Of a DNA stretch of 22,673 nucleotides, positions 9,077 to 19,322 are shown in pieces. Location: positions 62,001 to 84,673 of the forward strand of contig WELA01001243.1 of NCBI GenBank assembly GCA_009602735.1, given 5' to 3'. Both the position numbers and the translations under genes were made by a program. This stretch comes from Mesotaenium endlicherianum. Its lineage: Eukaryota. A model generated the notes under the pieces. The model made no database searches and was not told the origin of the DNA. It was given only the letters and a program-made list of their open reading frames with translations. Position 1 is the first letter of the stretch; the number at the start of each line of letters is the position of its first letter.

Positions 9077-10817
9077 GACTACGCAGATTGCGTTCGGGCG
9101 CATTAAGTATGCACTCACTAATGCGCCACTTCTCTCATTAGCTGATCCCGACTTGCCTTACGAGGTAGTCGCCGATGCGTCTGGTGTTGGAGTAGGGGCT
9201 GTCCTGCTGCAGGCGGGCAAGCCTATAAGTTTTGAGATTCGAAAGCTGACACCTGCCAAACAAAATTACTCAACGACAGAGCAGGAACTCTGGGCAATCA
9301 TATATGCTTTAAAAACTTGGCAATGTTATTTGGAAGGCTGCAAGGGTTTGACCGTGGTCACGGACCACTGTTTAAATACCTTCTTTCAAATAGAGCCAAC
9401 GCTATCGAGGCGCCAGACGAGATGGTATGAGTTTTTGCAATGATTCCACTTTAACTGGGCGTATCGCCCTGGTCGCAACAATGTTGCGGACCCATTAAGT
9501 CGAATTCCCCTCCACCACTTGATGTTGGGGACTGTTGCTAGTTTGCGAGGACGAAATGGTCAAGTTTCGAGGGCGGCCACCCTTGATTCTGCTGTACCCC
9601 CCCAGACGACTGGCGTTGCCTGGTCTGGTGACGCGGGCCAACCCGATTTGGATAGCGTGCAAACTTCTGAAGTACTTGACCTGCATCATCTATTTCAAGA
9701 GGGCTATCTCAAAGATCCGTTTTTCCTAGATCTCCAGGGTTCTGACTTGAGCGGTGTAGCCGTGACGATGGACGGAATGGACAAAAGGAAAGGACACTCA
9801 GACTATACGTTTGAGGACGGTTTTTGGTGGCACAATGGGCGCATTGCTGTCCCAGAAGGCCGAGTAAGACATGAGCTCCTACGAGAGGCGCATGACTCTC
9901 CTTACTCTGGTCATCATGGAACTACCAAAACCACACATCTTTTGCGCCGAGGGTACATTTGGCCGTCCCTCAAGGTTGATGTTACCGAGTACATCATCAA
10001 CTGCGCGACATGTCAGAGGAATAAGCCGAGCCATACGTGGCCAGCTGGGAAGTTGCAACCATTAGAACTTGCAGGTGCTCCTTGGAAAAGCATAAACCTC
10101 GACTTTGTCGTTGAATTGCCTACCACCGATAGAGGACACAATGGGGTGTTAACGATCGTGGATCGTTTCACTAAGATGGTACTCTTTGTGGCCACTAAAC
10201 CATCACTTGATGCAGTCGAGACCGCGCGTCTCTTCGTGAATCACGTGTTCAAGTTGCATGGTATGCCGAAAGAGATCATAAGTGATCGTGATCGTCGATT
10301 TACGAGCCACTTCTGGCAGGAAGTTTGCTCGCATTTTGGCACGAACCTTAAGATGTCAACTAGCTTCCATCCTCAAACCGATGGTCAGACAGATTGCCTG
10401 AACCGGGTTCTGCAACAGTTCCTTAGGCATTATGTGAATCCTCGTCAAGACAACTGGGACACCCTCCTATCAGTTGCAGAGTTTGCAGTTAATAATGCTC
10501 ATCAGGAAAGTGTTAAGGAAACTTTATTTTTCCTTAACTGTGGAAGACATCCGCACACTCCCCTCACACGCTCGGTTCCCGGTGAGACGGGGATGTCAAC
10601 CATGAGAGTACCAAGTGCACGTTTATTTGTCCACTCTCTTCAAGAGGTGCACAAAAGCGCGAAATTGGCCTTAGCCGCTGCTCGCGACCGACAGAAAATG
10701 TTCGCTGACACGCACAGGACTGAGTTAAGTTTTCAAGTTGGCAATAAAGTACTTTTGCAAACTAAAAACCTCCAACTCAAGCACCCAGGAAGCGCAAGCT
10801 TCTGCCTCGCTGGGTAG
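9072..10817 (+). pseudogene. pol part 2: RT-RNase H linker, RNase H and integrase
   Basis: [42 protein letters not shown] and VTDH. In-frame TGA at 9441-9443. Integrase HDSPYSGH...CATCQ, LDF, SDRD, FHPQTDGQTD (catalytic E replaced by D). Frameshift near 10790. Confidence 0.93.
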
Positions 10818-11251
10818 GCCCTTTTATCGTAACTGCAAAGGTCGGACCTGTTGCATATCGACTGGATTTGCCTAAATCCATGGGGCAAACGCATCCTGTG
10901 TTCCATGTCTGTTTACTAAAACTGTTTAGGTCCGATGGCCGCTATCAGCCACAAGCACCAGAGTTGGAACTCGACGATGATGATAAGATCTGGGATGTAG
11001 CAGAGGTGTCGAGACATCGCTACACCCGTCATAAGCCTCCGCGAGTGGAGCTTTTGATCAAATGGCTCGATTACGATTCCAGTTGGAATTCGTACGAACC
11101 TCAGGATGAGATTCTCCTTAATTGTAAGGATTTGGTTCAAAGATATTGGTTACGATGGGCTCAAGCTCAAGAGCTCTGCGCTAGGGCAGGTGTGCTACCA
11201 GGCGCGCTTCGTACACCAAAGAACAAACGCAAAAGAGACGCGGCCAAGTAA
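10793..11251 (+). pseudogene. pol part 3: integrase GPY/F region and chromodomain
   Basis: RKLLPRWVGPF...VAYRLDLP...HPVFHVCLLK, then WDVAEV...ELLIKWLDYDSSWNSYEP (chromodomain) and a basic tail PKNKRKR. Confidence 0.9.
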
Positions 11252-11380
11252 TCGCTCTTTTACGTCCCTGTGATGATGCACCGTCCAATCGCTCAACCCA
11301 GTGTTTTCCGCTAGTCAAGGCTAGTATTGACACATTAAGACTTAAAAGGTGTACGCTTAACGAGGACGTTAAGTTCTTCT

Positions 11381-11393
11381 AAGGGGAGAGGAG
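11381..11393 (+). other. Polypurine tract of the chromovirus
   Basis: AAGGGGAGAGGAG immediately before the TG of the 3' LTR. Confidence 0.92.
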
Positions 11394-12336
11394 TGTAACG
11401 ATCCGAGCAATTTTTGGCGTATTTGGGACGTTTTCTCAATTACCTGAAGTACGTTATACTATTTATCATATTATTTGATAAATGATTGCATCATATTCAA
11501 TTATTCGCCACACGTGTGTGCCGATTAATTCCTGGTCGATTGGCAAAACGACCGAGATACTATTGCAAAAAGCGTCGTAACGTAACTCGACTACTTCGCA
11601 AAAGTACGACATAATTATTCATAAAGTTACTTTGATTAAATTATGAGATGATAACTTATTAAATCATTGATTGATTAAGTTGATTTGATTGTCATTATTT
11701 CGACATTGCACAATCACAGATTTCGAATTTACGACCAGTCGTTAATACGAACAAACCGTCGTATCAAGATACGAACAAACCGTCGTAAAGACAAACGAAA
11801 CGAAATATGCAAAGTCGCTTTGCATCGACGCGGATTCGACCCCGCGACTTGTCGTTTGAAACGTTCACACCTAAACCAATTGGCCAAGTAGTTATTCGTA
11901 ACTCCTGGTTCATAACGTAATAATTTGGACGCGACTCCGCGAACAGTCGCGACTTTTCGAAAAGTCGCGAGAACGCGAAAACGTCCGTTTGGCGCGAACC
12001 GGTTTTCTGAAAACCATTGAAAAGTCTCCAAACCGCCAAACGGCGCGTTCGAGCATTTGGCCGAATGGGACACGTCTCTTCGATCGTTTTCGTTGAACAT
12101 GAACCAGTGCCCTAGATGGTGACTCGAAGCACTCCAGTGCGTCATGTTGTGCAGGTATAAATACCTGTAGAGTCATTGTGAGTGCAACTCTCACAAGCAC
12201 ACATTCTACGTTAGTTTACATTTTTGCTCTTTCGAGTATTCGTCGATTTGCACAATTATACAGATTTCCCTTCCACTTGAATTAAATATTCCTTGAATAC
12301 CGAGGAAAGATCATCTCAAAAAGCAGAAACGTAACA
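11394..12336 (+). repeat. 3' LTR
   Basis: Direct repeat of 5950-6892, followed by the TSD CATGT. Confidence 0.97.
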
Positions 12337-12341
12337 CATGT

Positions 12342-12452
12342 GGCATATCACAAGAGATGCATTACTAGGCAGTTGGCTAATTTCGATTAAGGCGGTCAGT
12401 TGGCTGTCAATAATGTATCAACAAGCTAACTCATGTAGACTTCAGCCTGCTA
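12342..12452 (+). repeat. Repeat family Z, copy D, 3' part
   Basis: ggcatatcaca..agatgcatt..taggcagtt...gacttcagcctgc is collinear with copy B at 4682-4793. Confidence 0.8.
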
Positions 12453-12860
12453 TATGGGCAAGCATGCGTTTATGAAGTGGGCCAAAGACGAAGGACACAT
12501 AGAATTGAGCAAAATGACACTCAAGCAGCCGCCACGAGTTCCCAAAAGAGGGAAATCAGTCAACTACTCCATGCCAGTCATGCATCTCAGATAGCTCACT
12601 TAAGAAGGATTCTCATTTTTTGACATAGCTGAGGAGGAAGAGCAGGAACAATAGGAGCAAGGTCAGAGTGACAGAGAGTCCAATAAGAATTCAAGTGCAG
12701 AATATGAGCAAAGGGAGCAGTCACAAGATGTAATAAATCATTAAGCTGTTACATACGATAATTATAAAAAATTTGATACTTAATTAAGTTCAGTCGGTTC
12801 TACTGTACTTCAAATTAAGTATGATGACGCATCCAATAGTGGTGGGATGAAGTCCATCTG

Positions 12861-12927
12861 TAGCGATACGAACAAAAAGGTAAGTTGAGGTACTTAGATC
12901 GCGCGTCGATTGTACTTATACAAATTT
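12861..12927 (-). repeat. Short repeat Y, inverted copy of 3287-3350
   Basis: See 3287-3350. Confidence 0.8.
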
Positions 12928-13029
12928 GTAATGAATCAGTATATTGGTTAGATGTAATCTTCATATATATATATTAGTAAGTAAGTTTAGTCTACAGTAA
13001 TATTAAGTCTGCTGGAGTACTAATACTTA

Positions 13030-13347
13030 GCTCAAAGACTCAGCCGGGGGCAGCAGGTGAAGTTAACTTAGGTCAGCCTGCTGACTTAGGTCAGCTTGCT
13101 GACACATTCTTTGACTGTCACCTGACCGCCGTATTCGGTAGCAGTGAATTGCCTAGTTATGCATCTAAGTGTGGTGTGCTAGATGAGTGGCAAGATGATA
13201 CCCTTAGGGTAGATGGCGATTCGGGATGATGGGAGATGGCTGTGGATTTGGTTAGCCGAGGTCCTACCGACGTGGTTAACTCTCGGGTAGGCGGTGCCAT
13301 CGCACTTGCCGTTGAACAGTAAACTCATTCCATGTACATATGCTAGG

Positions 13348-13348
<1 letters not shown>
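13030..13348 (-). repeat. Repeat family Z, copy E (cut at the GA microsatellite)
   Basis: Reverse complement closely matches copy B at 4525-4805. The ORF track shows near-identical peptides (MSLLFNGKCDGTAY.xVNHVGRTS.NQIHSHLPSS) from both copies. Confidence 0.88.
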
Positions 13349-13352
<4 letters not shown>

Positions 13353-13408
<56 letters not shown>

Positions 13409-13437
13409 NATTAACGTGCATGCCTACAGCTGTTTCT

Positions 13438-13503
<66 letters not shown>
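13353..13503. repeat. Two (GA)n microsatellites (13353-13408 and 13441-13503) separated by an N and a 31-bp spacer
   Basis: Directly visible; N at 13409. Confidence 0.97.
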
Positions 13504-13508
<5 letters not shown>

Positions 13509-13596
13509 GTCGATCATGTGTTCGTTTTGTTATCCACATAATATTTTGTTTTAGATCCGTTCTTCATTTAGTGTTTTACAAGTTATTAATCAAAAA

Positions 13597-13847
13597 CTTG
13601 CCGGACGATAATATTACACATGCATGCACATTTCAAGTGCTCGCTTGCATACACGAGCGCATGCACCCATATATTCATGCATGTGATTGAGTGCACACTT
13701 GCATTATCATTTAATGCTTTCTTATGTCCTTGCCACATCATTTTGCGTATACCTTGTGTAAACGATTGCATGCACACGTGCCCACATGCAAGCATTAGAA
13801 AATCAAAAATTGGCACATGCTTGTTTCCCACCTCATATGCACATGTT
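13597..13847 (+). repeat. TGCA/CATG-rich dispersed repeat X, inverted copy of 1717-1965
   Basis: See 1717-1965. Confidence 0.8.
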
Positions 13848-14419
13848 CACACACGCACCAGTCTCTACATTAGCATAATGTTTTAAAATTTACCCTTAAG
13901 ATTCAATTACAATTTATTATTACATGTTGCATCCATGGTTGCACGCGCGTATTTATATCACACGCCTCGCCGACCAGCGCACGCTCGAAATGGTCAACCG
14001 TATGTTTTGTGCCGCTTTAATGTATATCAAGCGGTTTTGATGCGTAGGGGATACTGAGCTGGCTGGCGCTGGGCGGGCCGTTTTCCGTCCACACGCTGTT
14101 TGTACCAGGGAAACTCCTGGTGCCATGTTCGGTCGCTTTTAACGATGTGGTGACGAGTTCATTTGAAATCCACACGGTTGACGCCTGACAAGTCTGACGA
14201 GTGACCGGTACCAAGCACTCGGCCATATGGGCGCGTGATGAGTTTAGTCAGAGATCGTATCGAGAAGTCTTGGGCGAAAAATGCCGAAGACGGATGGGTG
14301 CCAGATTATCTTCGAGTAAAAACGTGCAAGACCTAAAGTGCACTCTACGCGTTTTTTCCCCAACAATTTCTGTTGGAACTGGGAGCATGGGTTGGATATA
14401 CGTTTGGTTGTCAATATGC

Positions 14420-14915
14420 ATTGTACCCATCTGTACCTAACGGTACAGCGGTTCTTCCATCATTGAATCTCGACGTCAAAAAGGTGGTTTACAGTGCGTT
14501 TTAGCAAGTCGGTCACTATTGAATCGAGTGCGTTTCAAAATTGAAAAATTGCCGAAACTCGGCATCACAGCGCATAATGGACTTACAACTCTTTGCAGCG
14601 GCAAAAGTGACTACTCGTATACGAGCGTACGTGTCAAATAGACATTGTCAAACCCCTCCTGTAGTACATTTCCTCGTACCTTTCCTCCTTTTAGAAGCAT
14701 CTTCGCCAAAAGCAGCGGTAATTCATATCAGGACCTCGTAGATCGGACATTTGACTGGTTCCCAAATACAAAAGCAGCGGTGTCACTTAAAATCGAAGTG
14801 TCAACTGTAGGTCATTTAAAAATAAATAGGACGTTTTACAATTCAAAGACGGAAAACACAAAAGCGCAAACAGCGGAAAGGAACATTACGCGATTGCCTA
14901 CTGTAAACTGGCCCT
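14420..14915 (-). mobile_element. Older diverged relative of the Tourist-like MITE at 15056-15633, in opposite orientation, one TIR retained
   Basis: Ends in tgcctactgtaaactggccct (14895-14915) vs TIR tgcccactctaaactggccct. Internal blocks (acggtaca, gtttacagtgc, aaaattgaaa) are collinear with the reverse complement of 15056-15633. Left TIR not found. Confidence 0.65.
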
Positions 14916-15055
14916 CAGTGACTGTCAACCACTAGCTGTCAGCCCCTTTCATGCAGCTTTCGTTTTGAACTTCGAAGGTGCTGCACTATTTATGCCAATT
15001 TATGCAGTTTTATGCAGTTTGACAGGTGAAGTGTATATTCTCAACACTCGAGTAA

Positions 15056-15633
15056 GGGCCAGTTTAGAGTGGGCACTCGCGACGATGTTCTATTTCGCTT
15101 ATCGTGCTTTTCCGGTTTGGGCGCTATTCTGAAACTCAATAGTAAAGAAACCTATCCAAATGAAAAAGTCACCAAATTTGAACTTTTGGTTTACAGTGAG
15201 CACTCGTCCCTACTATTCCATCGACCGTCAAATTCTCCTATTACCAGCGTCGCGATTTGTGTCACCTCTTTTAGCGGCTGGATAGGTCACATCCAGAAAA
15301 ACATTGGTAGAAGGGGAATGAATTCGTCGACTTTGACGTGTACTTGGCACGACCGATGACTCCAGAATAGAAAGAGAGCAGGTGTGTGTCGATTCCTGAA
15401 AACGCAAATGACCTCTCGAGGTCATTTGCGTTTTGACCTATTCATTTCATTTTACGTCATATTTCAATTTTAAACGTCAAATAGTTGAATAGAAAGCAGC
15501 CCGCGTAAGTGCACTGTAAACAACGAACCATGACCATTTTTTGAACTAAAAAAGACGCGTTGTACCGTCAGGGACATTCAGGTACAGTCGAATAGAATAG
15601 AATCGCTTAGTTTTGCCCACTCTAAACTGGCCC
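15056..15633. mobile_element. MITE, PIF/Harbinger (Tourist)-like, 578 bp
   Basis: Perfect 20-bp TIRs GGGCCAGTTTAGAGTGGGCA (15056-15075) and TGCCCACTCTAAACTGGCCC (15614-15633), flanked by TAA and TTA (equivalently a 21-bp TIR with a TA duplication). No coding capacity. Confidence 0.88.
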
Positions 15634-15644
15634 TTAGTATACAT

Positions 15645-16385
15645 AGTGGCACTTTTCCATTACAGCGAAATCGTAGAAGGTCGAAGAAGACTTGCGAAAC
15701 TCCACGTCAAACCTTACCACGAAGGCAATCTCAATATCGACGGCTCTTTATCGTCCCTTCATCCTTTTTCAAGTCGTCAGCGATATGGGCTCGATTTTGG
15801 GCGGGGTTTTGTAATTTTGGGAAAGACAATGCACTATCACCGTCATGCTTACAGTGCTTTGCGCAAATTACGCACGTTAGTTTTAGATTTTACCGGAATC
15901 TTTCCACCCTCAAACCTTCAGAACACGAAAAGGAAGATTCCACTCGGACCATGGTGTTTTCTGGAATCTCCTCAATTTCTTGATAATCCTTGACATGGAT
16001 TGGTACTTTTTCAGTCATTTCACGCGTGCACTTCGTTTCTTCAAGGTTCCAGCCCATTTTTGGCAAGTTCAAGGGCGCTCCTTTTCCTTCTTCCACTTTC
16101 GCTACGTGTCTTACACCCACCGTGACATCACAAGTATAGTTTTTTTTGGGAATGCCCACAGAGAGTCGATGCACGCGAGAAGCTTAATTCTTGGAAAGAT
16201 TTGAGGTTGTGGAGTGGGACACGCCTGAGCGCTTTCCTACTGCAAGTTTTGCTGCTGAAGATGGTCACAGTTTCCCAAAGTTCTCAGGACAAAACACCTG
16301 GGTGACTGGCGTGACGTAGTTTTCTGTCCTAGAAATCGAGTTTTCACTTCTTCTATCTTCAAGTCGCTTGTAATGGAAAAGCGCT
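15645..16385. mobile_element. Degenerate long-inverted-repeat (foldback/MULE-like) element
   Basis: cttttccattaca (from 15652) pairs with tgtaatggaaaag (from 16369). Inner matches in nested order: tttgggaaa/tttcccaaa and aatctttcca/tggaaagatt. May extend left of the MITE (tatgcagttttatgcagt vs reverse complement of acttcatacaacttcata). No TSD identified. Confidence 0.5.
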
Positions 16386-16526
16386 GTAACTTACTTCATA
16401 CAACTTCATATACATACTGGCATTGAGTCGATATGGCAAATGTGGCACTACTACCGTCGCCCAAAGGGTCGTCTTAGTTCGCAAACTCTCAACTAAGTGA
16501 CGCAAATGCATGCACGGCGTACGACT

Positions 16527-16580
16527 GTGACTCCAGAGCACTCCAGAGCACTCCAGAGTCCAGACTCCAGACTCCAGAGT
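16527..16580. repeat. Short tandem repeats of (G)ACTCCAGA(GC)
   Basis: actccagagc actccagagc actccagagt ccagactccagactccagag is directly visible. Confidence 0.85.
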
Positions 16581-16603
16581 CAGCAGCTTTCCAAATTCTG
16601 GAA

Positions 16604-16952
16604 TCAGGACTCCGGACTCTGATTCCCGAGCAAACCCCTCGATTCATAACTTTTCCAATGTTATTGGTAAAATTTCCGGATATTAAAAATCACAAAAAAC
16701 AAGGTGTCTTTTAAACCCCTCGTGATTCCGAGTACAAATGCCAATATTTTACAATTTCCTTATGAAAATGTCATGGGATAATATCATGCCGTAAACAATG
16801 CTTCGAAAAATCTTTCAAGATTTTGTCGGGTGTTCTCGAAACCCGGACCATGCATCGGCCAGAGCAGGCCAGAGGATGTTTCCGAAATCCTCGAATTTGG
16901 TCAAATCGAGGGGCCTGCTCCCGAGTCTTGACGCCTGAATCCGGAGTCCTGA
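16604..16952. mobile_element. Small inverted-repeat (MITE-like) element
   Basis: TCAGGACTCCGGA (16604-16616) and TCCGGAGTCCTGA (16940-16952) form a perfect 13-bp inverted repeat, with an inner cccctcgatt/aatcgagggg pair. No TSD found. Confidence 0.5.
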
Positions 16953-17807
16953 CTACTGAGTCCTGACTCCTTGGTCGTCGTCTGGCTTCGCGTCATTGCT
17001 GCGTCATTTACTTCATTTGTCTACCGCAATGATTTGGCAATCTCCTTGATACGGCTACGCCCCTGCTAGGCTGGGCTGGACTGTGGCTCGGCCCAGCCGA
17101 GGACCGTATTCCCTCGTGCTCGGTCGAGGCCGGTCGATGCCAGACGAGGCCTCAATTTGGTAAGCGTTGGGTAGCGGCAGGTAGCGGTGTGTGATGAGTA
17201 GTCGGCATCTCTATAACGTGTAGGGAGCACACTCTTTTTGACACCTTTAGAACCTTGTCATCACCAAACGAGCTTTTTAAAACTTTTGATTGGCTATTGC
17301 TGCCACAAGGGCATGCCACTAAGGACGAAGTTGTACGAGCGATGCAGCAAACCACGAGGAGACCACGGCGTCTACGTGCAGTAGGAAAACACCTAAGCAT
17401 GTTCCGCATTTATAACACACTTCTGCACACTTCTGCATCAGACTTGCTCGCGAATGCTTCTCACCGCTACATTTTACGTAGGTATCCATGGGCGTTGAGG
17501 CGCCACATTGACAATGGAGCTTCCATGGCGTGTCAGGACTCTGGCTGTTGGTAATCTTCGTTGCGTTCATAGCAATCAAGAGGTTCACGACTTGTTTCAT
17601 GTTCATAGAAGCCACAGACTTGTAGGTCGTGGTATAAACATCTCAAGATCAACATCACTTTATCCAGATCCTTTGTTGTAACGTACTGATTGATACATAT
17701 CAATTCGAGCTTTTGAGTATCTTTCCTTTTGTCCTTGGTAGTAACTCTTTGTTACTTGATTGTCGGCTGTTCTGATCTGTTCCGGGAGCAGTTTAGTCCA
17801 CCGCATC

Positions 17808-19322
17808 ATGGAAGCGCTTCAGATGTCAGGGGCAGCAGCTTTAGTTGTTGGCTGCTCTAAGCCTTTTCACAGTTCTGGAATTGGGTTCAAATCTGCTGCA
17901 AGGAGGACCTTCGCATCCACCAGTAGAGTAGTCTCTGGTCTGCACCCGTTGAAGCATGATGCGTCACTTTCAAGCAGCGGGATATTTTCCGAGAGGGCTG
18001 ACTTCCATGGTGACACTCTTTTTACCCGAGACTCAAGGTTGCGTGAGGCACATTACGAAGATCAAGGACACCTGGTTTTTTATGAGGTTGTTCGATGTGG
18101 AAAGAAGGAGAAACGTGATCGCAAGTGTTTGGAGGTCCAGAAACGTGTACTGGAAGTGAGGACAGCAGCCTTAGGCAATCAGCTAATGGCCACTCCAGTT
18201 GCAGAGGATGGCCAGATTTTTGAAGATGGGAGTGGTGATTCGGTAAGTGTCTTCCTTCCCTTGGTCAGAGCATACCCCCTGCTTGTGCCTATACAGGCCT
18301 CATGTTGCTGATTGAAATCCATCAGAATTCTATCTGTAACTTGTGGTTGTATGTGTACTTTTATATTCATACTGTCTTCATTGAGTCACAAGCAGTCCAG
18401 CACGTTGACAGTCTTTTGCTACAAGAATCGGCTCAGTGTAGAAGCTTACGGAATGTTGCCTATTTTCACTGTGCAGATTCGCATGCAAGATGTCCTGCAA
18501 CATCTGATGGAGATAAAGGCTGAGCTGAAGGACTTGAAGCAGAAACAGAAGCAGAAAAGGATGAAAGGAAGTTCTTCTAGCTCTTCGTCGTCGTCCTCAT
18601 CTTCTTCGTCGTCAGAATCCTCGGATAGCAGTGGCAGTGAGATGGATGTGAAGAAGGCCATGAAGAAGAACCGGACCAAAAGCCTCAGGTCTAGAGTGTC
18701 TGCCTTGGGAAATAGTGCTTCTGTCGCTGAACCATCTGTAGCTGTTCAAGCTCAAGCACTTTCCGCAGCTAGCTTTGGCACCTCAAACCCTGCTTTGATG
18801 GACAGCGGGTCTGCTTCACAGGATTTGTTGAGGCATCTTGGTCTCATGGCATCCATATCGGGGATGCCATCTTCAAGCAATGACTATGCAGCTGAACTTC
18901 TGGGAAGGAACGTTGGCACTCAAGCTTCATCATCTGATTTTTCTACCGTGCAGCAAAGCTCAGTTAGAAGTTCATTGGCTAGTCAGGGTGAAGTGTCAGC
19001 AAGTTCTGTGCGGTTGGAAGTTTGTATGGGTAGCAAGTGTAGGCGGAGTGGTGCAGAAGAGGTATTGGCATCTTTGCAATCAAGGCTTCCCTCGTCATCA
19101 GGTGCAACAGCTGTGGCCTGCTCTAAATGCATGGGCAAGTGCAAGATGGCTCCTAATGTCAAGGCAAGGCGAGAAGACGCGAACTCAATCATGTACAACT
19201 ACGTGGACTCTGAGGATGTCAACCAATTGGTAAGGGAGCACTCAAGGGGAGGTCAGTTGCGATATGATTTGCCTCGAGGGCCTGGACAACTGCACTTGCG
19301 CGAGAGTAGAGTTCTCCACTAG
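17808..19322 (+). CDS. DGAT3: Soluble diacylglycerol O-acyltransferase 3 with C-terminal thioredoxin-like [2Fe-2S] ferredoxin domain; join(17808..18242,18477..19322), 426 aa
   Basis: Plant DGAT3 motifs in order: YEDQGHLVFY...RCGKKEK, Lys-rich coiled coil, poly-Ser SESSDS, RLEVCMGSKCRRSG and ACSKCMGKCKMAPNV. A phase-0 intron 18243-18476 (GTAAGT...TGCAG) joins the two ORFs in frame. Two-exon structure is typical of plant DGAT3. Confidence 0.92.

Larger units (their letters stand above)
5950..12336 (+). mobile_element. Ty3/Gypsy chromovirus LTR retrotransposon, structurally complete (6387 bp), coding-defective and non-autonomous
   Basis: Two 943-bp LTRs (TGTAAC...GTAACA). 5-bp TSD CATGT at 5945-5949 and 12337-12341. 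PBS at 6894, PPT at 11381-11393. Domain order protease, RT, RNase H, integrase, chromodomain. Confidence 0.97.

Noticed and set aside
16527..16580. CRISPR-like array
   Set aside because: Units are 7-10 bp and contiguous with no unique spacers, in a eukaryotic context with no cas genes.
14017..17615. Short 60-126 aa ORFs in the MITE-rich interval and DGAT3 upstream region
   Set aside because: No transposase or other motifs; lengths are as expected by chance.
18312..18476. N-terminal part of the 336-aa ORF as a separate protein start
   Set aside because: Lies within the DGAT3 intron and begins at a non-ATG codon.
19229..19236. Second DGAT3 intron at TG|GTAAGG
   Set aside because: The unspliced frame continues DVNQLVREH, matching the DVETIVTSF-type C-terminus, and reaches a nearby stop. 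Cannot be fully excluded without RNA data.
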